DNA from: Candidatus Sumerlaeia bacterium
GTDB taxonomy: Bacteria > Sumerlaeota > Sumerlaeia > SLMS01
Direction of reading: 5' to 3'
DNA: 40,323 bases
Assembly (NCBI GenBank): GCA_038208905.1
Contig: JBBQYG010000014.1
Span: 1 to 40,323, forward strand
The translations under genes were made by a program, and so were the position numbers. Shown here piece by piece: positions 1 to 9,264 of the stretch. Under the pieces are notes generated by a model. The model saw nothing but the letters and a program-made list of their open reading frames with translations, was not told the DNA's origin and did no database searches. Each line of letters begins with the position of its first letter. Within the stretch, counting starts at the first letter, position 1.

Positions 1-24
1 TGGGAAAGTAGGACATCGCCGGAT
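1..24 (+). rRNA. rrf: 3' end of 5S rRNA (partial, runs off window start)
   Basis: TGGGAAAGTAGGACATCGCCGG matches the conserved 5S 3' segment (GGGAGAGTAGGxCxxCGCC) and is followed by a terminator-like hairpin. The exact 3' end is uncertain. Confidence 0.75.
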
Positions 25-33
25 TCTGCAACA

Positions 34-79
34 CACAGCCGCCGCCGCCCCAAAAAGGCAGCGGCGGCTTTGTGCTTTT
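34..79 (+). terminator. Rho-independent terminator, probably of the rRNA operon
   Basis: Imperfect stem AGCCGCCGC(C)GCC / GGC(A)GCGGCGGCT followed by TTGTGCTTTT. Confidence 0.7.
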
Positions 80-335
80 AGACCCCACCGGCCAACCCCA
101 CCCGCCCCAACCTTGGGAACGCCACTCTCCCGAGTGGCGCCGCTGGCGGAAACAGCAACAGCAACCACAACAGCCCTTCGCAAGATCGGCGCGCACACAA
201 CGGGCACATCCCCGTTGACCGGGACCATTCATGCGCCGATGGTGTCGGCAGGCTCGGGGATTGCTTCGATAACGGCAGACGCCGGGACTCGTTGCAGATC
301 AGCCACTGGCCCCCTTTTCGAGAGGAACACACCGG

Positions 336-1793
336 ATGCACGTCGCGTTCATCACCGCCTATGATCCGCGGAGCCCCTATCAGGTCAGCCTGCCGCCACT
401 CGGCATCGGCTACCTTTCCGCATACGCCAAGCAGCAGTGCTGGTTCGTGGAGACGAGCTTCCACCACACGGTGGAGGATCTCCTCGCGGCGAAGCCCGAC
501 ATCATCGCGGTTTCCTCAACCACCGAGAATTTCCATCACGCGACGGCGATGGCCCAGCGCGCCAAGGAGGAGTCCGGCGGCAAGCCGGTGGTCCTCGGCG
601 GCATGCACATCACCAGCCTCCCCCACGCGCTCCCCCCCACCTATGACCTCGGCGTCGTGGGCGAGGGCGAGCAAACCTTCATCGACATCCTGAACCTCTA
701 CAACGAGGTGAAGAATCCCGGGCCCAGCGACTTCGCGAAACTCAAGGGTATCTCCTATCACGAGGACGGCCGCGTGGCGATGACGCCAGGCCAGGAATTG
801 ATCCGCGAGATGGACGACCTTCCCTATCCCGACCGCGACCTGATCGATCATGGCTGGAAGGTTCCCAGCTGGGAGACCGTGCACCTCGTCTCCAGCCGCG
901 GCTGCCCCTACAAGTGCGCGTTCTGTTCCTCCTCGCTGCACTGGAAGCGGTTCCGCTTCTTCAGCCCGGAGTACGTGGCCAAGGAGATCGAGTACCTCCG
1001 CAACCGCTACAATCCCCAGACCCTCTATTTCTTCGACGACCTTTTCGTGGGCCACATCGGACGCTGGCGCGAAGTGGTGAAGCTGTTCCGCGAGCGCAAG
1101 ATACACGAGGGGATCCGCTTCCGCGCCTATGCGCGTGTGGACCTGATCACCCAGCAGATGGCCGACGAATTCGCGGAGCTCAACTTCCAGTACATCGACT
1201 TCGGTTTCGAGTCCAACTCCGAGCCGATCCTGAAATTCCTCACCAAGACCCGCGTCACGCCCGAGGTGAACCAGCGCGCCGTGGACATGCTCGGCAAGAA
1301 CGGCCTCTCGATCGGCGCCAACTTCATCATCGGCTCGCCGCCGGAGACGCTGGCCAACATGGAGGAGTCCTATGACTTCGCCTATCGCAACCGCGACGTG
1401 ATCGAGCGCTGTTCCGTGGGCCCACTTCAGGCGCTCCCCGGCACGGCGATCTGGAACATCGCCAAGATGAAGGGCCTCGTGAACGAGCAGATGGATTGGT
1501 CGCGCCTGGGCACGAGCTACGAGACGTTTGACTGGGAGCGCTTCCCCTACATGGGCGAGAGCGTGACGCGCGACGAGTTCTGGAGTTTCTGGACGAGGTT
1601 CCACCACCTCTCCAAGGAAATCAACTACGTGGGCCAGCTCCGCAACATGGCCCACCAGAACCATCGCAAGTTCGAAGAGATCAAGAAGCTGGAGAACGAG
1701 CTGCAGACGCTCAAGGGCTCCCGCCTCGTCCGCTGGGCCTCCAAGGTCCGCGACTGGAAGAAGTCGGCGACGGGCAGCGGCGCGCCCGCGTAG
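336..1793 (+). CDS. Cobalamin-binding radical SAM protein (class B methyltransferase-like) with C-terminal coiled coil
   Basis: N-terminal B12-binding motifs (PPLGIGYLSA, VVLGGMHIT, VVGEGE), SRGCPYKCAFC (CxxxCxxC), FFDDLF, GFESNSE, FIIGSPPET. GAGGA lies upstream of the ATG. Confidence 0.9.
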   Translation: MHVAFITAYDPRSPYQVSLPPLGIGYLSAYAKQQCWFVETSFHHTVEDLLAAKPDIIAVSSTTENFHHATAMAQRAKEESGGKPVVLGGMHITSLPHALPPTYDLGVVGEGEQTFIDILNLYNEVKNPGPSDFAKLKGISYHEDGRVAMTPGQELIREMDDLPYPDRDLIDHGWKVPSWETVHLVSSRGCPYKCAFCSSSLHWKRFRFFSPEYVAKEIEYLRNRYNPQTLYFFDDLFVGHIGRWREVVKLFRERKIHEGIRFRAYARVDLITQQMADEFAELNFQYIDFGFESNSEPILKFLTKTRVTPEVNQRAVDMLGKNGLSIGANFIIGSPPETLANMEESYDFAYRNRDVIERCSVGPLQALPGTAIWNIAKMKGLVNEQMDWSRLGTSYETFDWERFPYMGESVTRDEFWSFWTRFHHLSKEINYVGQLRNMAHQNHRKFEEIKKLENELQTLKGSRLVRWASKVRDWKKSATGSGAPA

Positions 1794-1803
1794 CGGAAAC
1801 CGA

Positions 1804-1847
1804 GGACATAAGGGACTGCGGGGACGAAAGAAACCTTCGCCCCCGCA
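1804..1847. repeat. 9-nt periodic GGAC array with hairpin between convergent genes (possible terminator)
   Basis: GGAC at 1804, 1813 and 1822; stem TGCGGGGACGAA / TTCGCCCCCGCA. The 15-mer GGACATAAGGGACTG also occurs at 5665-5679. Confidence 0.55.
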
Positions 1848-1878
1848 TTTCCATTTTTACGCCGTTACCGCTTTTCCC

Positions 1879-4374
1879 CTACAGCTCAACCACCGTCACG
1901 CCGCCGCCGCCCTCGTCGGGCGTGGCGAAGCGGTAGCTCTTCACGCTGCGGTTCTGGCGCAGGTATTCGTGCACGGCCTTGTAGAGGCGACCGGTGCCGA
2001 TGCCGTGGTTGATCTTTACGTGGGGAAAGCTGGCGAGGAGGGACCTGTCTATAAAGATATCCAGCTCGGCAACGGCCTCCTCTACGCGGAACCCGTGGAG
2101 GTCCAGCGTCATCGACGTGGGGCGGCTGGGCAGGTTCACGCTGCGGCCGGCGAAGGTCACGCGCGGCGGGCCGGGGGCGATGTTGAGTTCCTGCGCATTG
2201 CGTAGCGCGTGCTTGATTTTGCGGCTGCGCTTCTGGCGGCGCTTGTCGGTGACGCCGTAGAGTTCGATATCCTCTGCCAGAAGGCGCTCTTCCTCGCGGC
2301 GTTCGCGCGGGTTATGGTCGAGCAGGTCCTCGACTTTGACGGCGAGCTCCAACTGCCCGACGCTGACCTTGGCCTGCGCTCCGCCGGCATCGATACGCAC
2401 GATTTCTCCCCACTGACCTAGCGCCGAAACGAAAACGCGCCCGCCCACGCGCAAGTTCCCCGCCCCCACGGCGTGCTCGCCCTTGATAAGCTGGCGCTCG
2501 CTGCCGAAGATCCGCTCCTGGCGCAGCGCCTCCGTGCGCGCCTTCGCCAGCAGTTCCTTGCGGCGGCGCAGTTCGTCCTCGCCGGGAAGGTCGGCGATCA
2601 TGCTCTCCATGCGTTCGCGGATCTCGGCCACGGCCTTCTGGCGCTCCAGGAGCGACGCCTCGCGGAACTCGCGGCGCTCGCGGCGCAGCGAATCCGCCCG
2701 AGCCCGCGCGATCTGCTCCTGCTCGCCGAGCGACTTGGCGCGCGCCTCCGCGTCGCGGACGCTGATGGAGAGGGATCGCTCGCGCTCCTCGATACGGCGC
2801 AGCAGCTCGCCCATCTCCAGGTGGCGCTTGTCCACCATGCTGCGGGCGCGCTCCAGGATCGTGCGCGGCATCCCCTCGCGCTCCGCGATTTCAAGCGCCT
2901 CGCTGGCGCCGGGAATGTCGAGCCGCAGCGTGAACGTCGGTTCCCGGGTTGCGGGATCAAGCGAGAACGACGCATTGCGAACGCCCGGCGTATCCTCCGC
3001 CCAAACCTTCACCGGGTCCAGATGGCTTGTCGTCAGGGTCAGCGCCGCGCGCCCGCGAAAGGCGTCGAGCGTCGCCAGCGCCAGCGGGCTTCCCTCCTGC
3101 GGATCGGTGCCGGTGCCTAGTTCGTCCATGAGGACGAGGCTCCGCGGCGTCGCCTGATCCCACAGCTCGCGAATGCGGCGCACGTGGCCGGAGAATGTGG
3201 AGACACCCTCGCTCAGATCCTGCCGGTCGCCGATGTCGGCGAGCACGTTGCCGAATGCGGGGATCTGGGAATCGGGAAACGCGGGAATCGGCACGCCACA
3301 CTGCGTAAGGAGCGCCAGCAATCCCAGGGCTTTCATCGCCGTCGTCTTGCCGCCGGCATTGGGACCGGAGAACACGATACACCGGTCGTCGCGATCGAGG
3401 AGCATCGTCAGCGGCACGCTTTTTCCGCCGCGCAGGTTCAGCAGCGGGTGATGCGCGTTGAACAGGCGGATCGGGCCCTTCTCCACGACCACCGGCAGGT
3501 GCCACCCGCGATCCACGGCGGTGCGCGCGATGGCGAGGAAGCCGTCCAGCTCGCGAAACACGCGCAGGTTCTCCTGTGCGAAGGGGACGAAAATGCGAAG
3601 CTGCGTCGTCAGGTCGCGCAGGATGCGCAGCACCTCGCGGCGCTCCTCCTCGCGGACGATCTCGATGGCGTTGCCGGCCTCCACGACCTCGCCCGGCTCC
3701 AGATAGTACGTCTCTCCCGTGGCCGACGTGCCGTGCAGGATGCCGCCCACGCGGCTGCGCGCGCCCGCCTTCACCGGAAGCACCGGGCGCCCGTTGCGGA
3801 TGGTAGAGAAACGATCCTGCAACAGGCCGCGCTCGTGGAGTTCCGTGGTCAGCTTCTCGACCAGGCGAAGGAGACGCTGCTCCGACGCGCGCAACTCGCG
3901 GCGCGCGCGCGCAAGGTCCGGCGTCGCGTCGTCGCGGAGTCGGCCGTTGTTGTCGAACATCCGCCCCAGGTTGGTCTCCAGCTCCGGGAACGCCTCCACG
4001 CTGCGGACGGATCGCGCCAGCGCGGGGTACGTCGCGCCCTGCTCCTCGCGAAAGCGCACCAACGCCGATGCGATCGAGAGCTGCGCAAGAACGCTGGGCC
4101 ACGCCTCCTCGTCGAGGACCGAGCCTTCGACGCGGGCCTGCGAGAGGATATCCGACACGTCGTGAAGCCCCCCCAGCGGCAGCGACCCGCCTCGCTCGAC
4201 AAAGAGCATCAGGTCCCGCACCGGCTCATGCCGCGCATGGATCTCGTCGAGGCCATCCAGCGGCTCCAGCGACTGCACCCACTCCCGCCCCAGCGACGAC
4301 AGCGCGGCCCGCGAAACCAGTTCCAGAACGGTATCGTACTCGAGGACTTCGCGTGTCTTGGGATCGATTTGCAT
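1879..4374 (-). CDS. mutS2: MutS2 (ATPase, coiled coil, KOW, Smr), 831 aa
   Basis: LEYDTVLE start, Walker A SGPNAGGKT, ADIGDRQ..STFSGH, LMDELGTGTDP, Smr LDLHG...HGIGTGRL...GGGGVTVVEL. Start moved to the ATG at 4374 (MQIDPK). Confidence 0.95.
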   Translation of the reverse strand: MQIDPKTREVLEYDTVLELVSRAALSSLGREWVQSLEPLDGLDEIHARHEPVRDLMLFVERGGSLPLGGLHDVSDILSQARVEGSVLDEEAWPSVLAQLSIASALVRFREEQGATYPALARSVRSVEAFPELETNLGRMFDNNGRLRDDATPDLARARRELRASEQRLLRLVEKLTTELHERGLLQDRFSTIRNGRPVLPVKAGARSRVGGILHGTSATGETYYLEPGEVVEAGNAIEIVREEERREVLRILRDLTTQLRIFVPFAQENLRVFRELDGFLAIARTAVDRGWHLPVVVEKGPIRLFNAHHPLLNLRGGKSVPLTMLLDRDDRCIVFSGPNAGGKTTAMKALGLLALLTQCGVPIPAFPDSQIPAFGNVLADIGDRQDLSEGVSTFSGHVRRIRELWDQATPRSLVLMDELGTGTDPQEGSPLALATLDAFRGRAALTLTTSHLDPVKVWAEDTPGVRNASFSLDPATREPTFTLRLDIPGASEALEIAEREGMPRTILERARSMVDKRHLEMGELLRRIEERERSLSISVRDAEARAKSLGEQEQIARARADSLRRERREFREASLLERQKAVAEIRERMESMIADLPGEDELRRRKELLAKARTEALRQERIFGSERQLIKGEHAVGAGNLRVGGRVFVSALGQWGEIVRIDAGGAQAKVSVGQLELAVKVEDLLDHNPRERREEERLLAEDIELYGVTDKRRQKRSRKIKHALRNAQELNIAPGPPRVTFAGRSVNLPSRPTSMTLDLHGFRVEEAVAELDIFIDRSLLASFPHVKINHGIGTGRLYKAVHEYLRQNRSVKSYRFATPDEGGGGVTVVEL

Positions 4375-4537
4375 GGCGCGGGAGATGTGCCGCGCCCGCG
4401 CTGGCCCACGCAAGGGGGAAGAACCCGGAATCAGGCGGCGGAACGCTCCACAGCTTTCCGCCCCGAAAAAATCGGGCTTGCGGGTCCTGCCCGTGGTGCC
4501 GTCAATAGACGGCTAGGCAGTAGCCCACACTCCCCCC

Positions 4538-5680
4538 ATGCCCCCAACCCCCAAAAAACTTCTCATCACAGCCGCCATTCTTTCCGCCACCGCGATGGCT
4601 TCCGCCGAACCACTCGCTCCAGGCGAGTGGGCGCCGGAGGTCAGTCTTGGCGGGCATGTTTTTCCCGCGTGGGTTGCGGTGGGAGCGGCGCCGGGGTTTC
4701 CGTCCGCGGAGGCGAAGTCCGATGCGGAGTCCATCGGCGATTCGGGCGCGTGCCTCGCGGTGCTCGTCGCGGCGCCGGGTGCCGGTGCCACTTACTCACT
4801 CGATATTCGCGCGGCGAAGGGGTTGGCGGCCACGACGCTGTCGGGCGTGCTTGATCGCGAGGGGGCGATGTATCGCCTTCAGCCGCGAACCGATCTGAGC
4901 ATTGGCGACCTGGCGCGGCTCGATTCCGCCGAGAAGATCGACGTCACGTTTACGCTCGCGCTCGGCGACGGCGCCCCGATGACCAAGACTTTGGAAGCGA
5001 CGCTTCACGCGCCCGGCGACTGCCCCGTTGCCTTCGATGGCGAGCCACGCCTCGCGTGGACGCTGGCGGCGTTTGCCGACGAGGATTCCCGCGCGGTGGA
5101 TCGACTGGTTTCCGATGCCGAGCGGCTTGGCATCGCGAAGTCGTTCAGCGGCGCTCCCGGCGATTCCGACGAGGCAATCCGGCGTGCCTTCGCGCTGACC
5201 ACTGCGCTCGGGGCCGAAGTGAAAAGTTTCGGGGAGTCCGCCTGGAGCGACGACAACGGCCTCCGCGCCGTCGCCATCCGCTCGCACGAGGACACGCTCT
5301 CGGACTCGGGCGTCACCGTGGCCGATGGCGCGCTGCTGCTTGCCGCCGCGTTCCGCAAGGCAGGACTCAACGCCGTCGTCGCCGTCGATCCCCCGCGGCT
5401 CCATGCGGGCATCCGGCCCGACGATGGCGGGAGCACGCTGCTCTTGGTGGATATCGGAAAACTCGCCTTGGCGGAATTCGACGCTGGCCACTCCGAGCCG
5501 ATGCTGGCCGACCTAGCCACTGCCGACACTACCCTCGCCGCCCGCGTGGAGTGGCCGCGCTTCGCCGCCGCCGCCAACTCCGCCATGAAAGACTATCACG
5601 GCAATTCCACCGAATGGCGCGTGATCGAACTTTCGGCGGCCCGGGAAATGGGCATCAAGCCGCTGGACATAAGGGACTGA
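4538..5680 (+). CDS. Secreted protein, transglutaminase-like fold with degenerate catalytic site
   Basis: Signal peptide (KKLLITAAILSATAMASA). The core TVADGALLLAAAFRKAGLNAVVAVDPPRLH resembles NCxDGxxLxAsxxRkxGxxxxxVxxPGH proteins, and the C-terminus is AREMGIKPL. Confidence 0.6.
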   Translation: MPPTPKKLLITAAILSATAMASAEPLAPGEWAPEVSLGGHVFPAWVAVGAAPGFPSAEAKSDAESIGDSGACLAVLVAAPGAGATYSLDIRAAKGLAATTLSGVLDREGAMYRLQPRTDLSIGDLARLDSAEKIDVTFTLALGDGAPMTKTLEATLHAPGDCPVAFDGEPRLAWTLAAFADEDSRAVDRLVSDAERLGIAKSFSGAPGDSDEAIRRAFALTTALGAEVKSFGESAWSDDNGLRAVAIRSHEDTLSDSGVTVADGALLLAAAFRKAGLNAVVAVDPPRLHAGIRPDDGGSTLLLVDIGKLALAEFDAGHSEPMLADLATADTTLAARVEWPRFAAAANSAMKDYHGNSTEWRVIELSAAREMGIKPLDIRD

Positions 5681-5760
5681 AGGTGGGGGACTTTGTTGAC
5701 CTTATTGACCTTGTGGAAACGATGGATGTTTACAAGGTCAACAAGCTCAATACAGTCAAA
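5665..5760. repeat. Imperfect inverted array of 9-nt units
   Basis: (G/T)GAC at 5688, 5697 and 5706 and GGA at 5715 and 5724; mirrored GTCA/CTCA/GTCA at 5737, 5746 and 5755. Lies between convergent genes. Confidence 0.7.
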
Positions 5761-5817
5761 ATAGCCTTTAAATCATGTCCACAAGCTCAAGGCTCTCGTT
5801 CCCGCGTTGTGGGCACC

Positions 5818-7383
5818 CTACACGGGATCTTTCATCTTATCGCCCAGCGCGCGCTTCAGGTCGCGGGCGGGAATGGCGCCCTCGCGGAGCAATTCATAGG
5901 GCTCCGTGATGACGCTGATCACGCTGGAGGCCTTGCCGCTGCGGCAGGGGCCTGCGTCCAGAAGGCATTCGATCTTCCCCTCGTAGCGTTCCAGCACCTG
6001 CTTGCCATCGGTGGCGGGTTGCTGGTTGGGGACGGCCGCGTTGATAACGGCAAGGGGCTTCTGAACCATCGCCATCAATCGCAGTGCGATGGGATCGTCG
6101 GGGATGCGGATCGCGATGCTGGGCGACTCGGTCACCGACGCCAGCACATTGGGATGCTTGGCGAAAATTACTGTCAGGCCGCCCGGCCAATAGACGTCGA
6201 GCACTGATTCAATTGGCGGTGGCACTTCCTTGACAAGGCCGTCCAGTGCTCCGCCGTCGTGGATGAGGATCGAGAGGCTCTTGGACGACGCGGTTGCGCC
6301 CTTCACTTCATAGAGCCGCCTCACCGCATCGGCATTGGTCGCATCCACCGCAAGGCCATACACGGTGTCGGTGGGGAAGGCGACGATGCCACCCTCCAGC
6401 AGCACCATCATCGCGTGGCTCAGCACATCCTCGTCGGGCTCGGCGCGGTCCACCTGGAACACCTTAGTCTCGACCGAGGCGAGCGCCTTGTCGAATTCCG
6501 CCGCCATCGGCCTGCGCCCGGGCTCGACGGAGTGAAGGAACTCCGCCACCACGTCGCGGGCGCTGCGGGGCGTGGGGGTGGCGATGCGCGGCTTCATGAA
6601 CATCGCCGGGGCCAGATCCTCGTCCGATGGCGGGGCGGGATAGGGCCTGGGTCGCGGCACCACAAGGGTGGGTGTCTCGGCGTCCAGCGCCGGATCGCCG
6701 GTGGGGGTGCCGGGTTCCTGGGGGCGGGGCGTGGGGACCAGCTTGCTGTTGCCGACGACGCGGGCTCCGGGGCGGATCACGCCGCTGTCGCCGTTGCGCG
6801 CTCCCGGATCGGAGCCCGGGTCGGTGTCCTCTTCCTCGCGGCCGCGGGGCGCGCTGGCACCGGTCGTCCGGGCGGGATCGCACAGATCGGGAAACTCGCC
6901 GACCAGCTCCTTGCCCGTGGCATCAAGCCTCTGCGCCGCCGCCGCGCGCGTGTGGGCAAGCACTTCGCGAAACGCGGGGTACTTGATCGCAAGGATCTGG
7001 GCCACCAAAAAGGCCGCATTCTCGGAATTGTTGATTCCCACGGTCGCCACCGGCGTCCCAAGGGGCTGCTGCACCAGCGTATAGAGGGCGTCCTGCCCCC
7101 GCAGCGGGGTCGAGTCGATGGGCACCGCGATCACGGGGACCAGCGTGTGACAGGCTACCGCGCCGGCGAGCTGGGCCGAGCCCCCCGCGCCGCAGATGAT
7201 CGCCTCGATGCCATTGTCCGATGCCTTGCGGGCCCATTGCGCCAACCGGTCCGGCGTCCGGTGGGCGGAAAGAAATTCGAGCGCATAGGGAACCCCCATC
7301 ATCCTGAGGGACTCCAGTCCCCGCCGCATCACATTGAAGTCCGCGCGGGAGCCCAGAATTACGCCAACCAACGCCTTCGCCAT
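5818..7383 (-). CDS. PurE-like domain fused via a Pro-rich linker to a degenerate TsaC/YrdC (Sua5-family) domain, 521 aa
   Basis: N-terminus: VGVILGSRAD, SAHRTP, GAGGSAQLAG, PVIAVP, PVATVGINN (PurE). C-terminus: GGIVAFPTDTVYGL, YWPGGLTVI, IAIRIPD, LLDAG, LLREGAIP (YrdC). One frame with no internal stop; start moved to the ATG at 7383. Confidence 0.88.
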   Translation of the reverse strand: MAKALVGVILGSRADFNVMRRGLESLRMMGVPYALEFLSAHRTPDRLAQWARKASDNGIEAIICGAGGSAQLAGAVACHTLVPVIAVPIDSTPLRGQDALYTLVQQPLGTPVATVGINNSENAAFLVAQILAIKYPAFREVLAHTRAAAAQRLDATGKELVGEFPDLCDPARTTGASAPRGREEEDTDPGSDPGARNGDSGVIRPGARVVGNSKLVPTPRPQEPGTPTGDPALDAETPTLVVPRPRPYPAPPSDEDLAPAMFMKPRIATPTPRSARDVVAEFLHSVEPGRRPMAAEFDKALASVETKVFQVDRAEPDEDVLSHAMMVLLEGGIVAFPTDTVYGLAVDATNADAVRRLYEVKGATASSKSLSILIHDGGALDGLVKEVPPPIESVLDVYWPGGLTVIFAKHPNVLASVTESPSIAIRIPDDPIALRLMAMVQKPLAVINAAVPNQQPATDGKQVLERYEGKIECLLDAGPCRSGKASSVISVITEPYELLREGAIPARDLKRALGDKMKDPV

Positions 7384-7631
7384 CTTGTCACCGGCCCATG
7401 GGGTCTCGGCGATATTAGGTTCCCGGTCGGGGCCGCCGGTAAACGGGAAACTCGCCTGCGGCGCTCTTTTCCATCGGGCCAGCCTATCGCGGCGCGATCC
7501 TCGCTGGTCGAATCCGGTGGTGATTGGGTTGCCTGCGCTTGACAGCGAGGAGGGCGCCCCATTCCCATCCACCACTTGGCGATCCCCACTTCGGGGCGCC
7601 AAGGCTCCATCGAACCCATCGAGGCATGTGC

Positions 7632-9185
7632 ATGAACATCTGGAAGAAGGCCACCGGTTCCGACCGATTCCTGCTGGGCGGCGCGATTCTCTGCCTGGCG
7701 CTGTCGCTGATGCTGCTGGGCGTGAAGGGCAGCCAACTGCGCGCCGCCGAGGCGGCGGACGATCAGGAGTTCCTCCGCTTCGTCGATGTCGCCGCGGAAA
7801 TCTACAACGACGTCCGCGGCAAGTACGTTGACGAAGTGAAGGGCCGCGACGTGCTGGAGGGTGCCCTCGCCGGCATGTTCTCCCGCCTTGACGAGCATAG
7901 CCAGTACATGGACCCGTCCATGCTCGACGGCCTGAACAAGGACACCGGCGGCCAGTTCAGCGGCATCGGCATCCACATCACCATGCGTCAGGGCCTCCTC
8001 ACCGTGATCGCGCCGATCCCCGGCTCGCCATCGGCCAAGATCGGCCTCGCGCCGTGGGACCGCATTGTCGAGATCGAAGGCAAGACCACCGAGGGCATGA
8101 CCCTCCAGCAGGCCGTGGAGAAACTCACCGGCCCCACCGGCACCCAGGTTACCATCAAGATTTTCCGCGAGGGCGAGGCAGAGCCCCTCGAATTCGCCAT
8201 CACCCGCGCCAGCATCAAGATCAACAGCGTCTATTACAAGATGCACGACGCCGAGGCCGGGATCGGATACCTACGCATCGCCCGCTTCAGCGAGAACACC
8301 GCCGCCGACATGCGCAAGGGCCTGCTGGACCTGCGCTCCCAAGGCATGAAGGGCCTGATGCTGGACCTGCGCTACAACTCCGGCGGCCTGCTCCGCGAGG
8401 CGATCGAGGTCTCGAACCTCTTCACCCCCAAGCACGCCATCATTGTCTCCACCAAGGGCCGCCTCCGCAGCCAGAACCAGGAATACCGCGCGACCGAGGA
8501 GCCTCTGATTCAGGGCATCCCCGTGTTCGTCCTCGTCAACGAGGGCTCTGCCTCCGCCTCCGAGATCGTCGCTGGCGCGCTCCAGGATCTGCACCTCGGC
8601 GTCGTCATCGGACCCAAGGGGAAGAACACCTTCGGCAAGGGCTCCGTCCAGACGATCGAGTCGCTGCGCAACACGATGTACGACGACGAGGACGGAAACC
8701 CGAAGGAGAGCGCCATCCGCCTGACCACGGCGCGCTACTACACGCCCTCGGGACGCACGATCCATCACGTCGGCGTCACGCCGGATATTGGCGTGCCGGT
8801 CACCCGCCAGTCCGAGCGCGACCTCCTGCGCAGCGGGCTCTATGGCGACACGACGATTCCCCTCACCGTTGAGGAGCAGAAGGCCGAGGAAGAGGCCGAG
8901 CGCCGCGCCACCGCCCCGGAGGAAGTTGACGGAACCATCGAAGTCCACACCCCCCAGGCCACCCCGGCGGAGGAAGCACCCGCGCCCGATGTGAACGCAT
9001 CCGGCGACCCCTTCTATACCAAGGCCAAGCGTCCCGAACTCGCCGAAACGGGCGAATTCCTGGATGTCCTCCTGGACGAAGCCACCAAGCAGATGAAGAT
9101 CTACATGATCCTCGACGGCGCCCGCGGCGGCACGCCGACCGTTGCCTCCGCCGAGTCCGAGCCGGCCACCAGCGTCGCCAAGTAG
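7632..9185 (+). CDS. S41A carboxyl-terminal processing protease (CtpA/Prc family) with PDZ domain, 517 aa
   Basis: N-terminal TM, LDEHSQY, FSGIGI, LDLRYNSGG, SASASEIVAGALQD (catalytic Ser), TFGKGSVQ (catalytic Lys), LTTARYYTPSG. GAGG lies 7 nt before the ATG at 7632. Confidence 0.95.
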   Translation: MNIWKKATGSDRFLLGGAILCLALSLMLLGVKGSQLRAAEAADDQEFLRFVDVAAEIYNDVRGKYVDEVKGRDVLEGALAGMFSRLDEHSQYMDPSMLDGLNKDTGGQFSGIGIHITMRQGLLTVIAPIPGSPSAKIGLAPWDRIVEIEGKTTEGMTLQQAVEKLTGPTGTQVTIKIFREGEAEPLEFAITRASIKINSVYYKMHDAEAGIGYLRIARFSENTAADMRKGLLDLRSQGMKGLMLDLRYNSGGLLREAIEVSNLFTPKHAIIVSTKGRLRSQNQEYRATEEPLIQGIPVFVLVNEGSASASEIVAGALQDLHLGVVIGPKGKNTFGKGSVQTIESLRNTMYDDEDGNPKESAIRLTTARYYTPSGRTIHHVGVTPDIGVPVTRQSERDLLRSGLYGDTTIPLTVEEQKAEEEAERRATAPEEVDGTIEVHTPQATPAEEAPAPDVNASGDPFYTKAKRPELAETGEFLDVLLDEATKQMKIYMILDGARGGTPTVASAESEPATSVAK

Positions 9186-9264
9186 TCACCGCCGTTCCAT
9201 CGCGCCGGGCGCCGGAGCCTCGCTCCCGCCCAGCGCTTTTCTTTCCCCACAGGAGGCCAACGCC

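Noticed and set aside
113-364. 83-aa ORF and short ACAGCA repeats after the rRNA terminator
   Set aside because: No clear RBS, low-complexity product and overlap with the radical SAM start; the repeat is too short to interpret.
3184-4854. 556-aa plus-strand ORF and the many other long overlapping ORFs (e.g. 22177-23925, 28637-30349, 18098-19651)
   Set aside because: Antisense or off-frame shadows of well-supported genes in GC-rich DNA; they are Arg/Gly/Ala-rich with no recognisable motifs.
5665-5760. CRISPR interpretation of the periodic repeats
   Set aside because: The units are 9 nt, degenerate and inverted, with no 25-45 nt spacers and no cas genes.
7384-7631. N-terminal extensions in the ORF track (to 7602 on minus, from 7524 on plus)
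   Set aside because: They overlap each other in a divergent promoter region; homology and RBS favour starts at 7383 and 7632.
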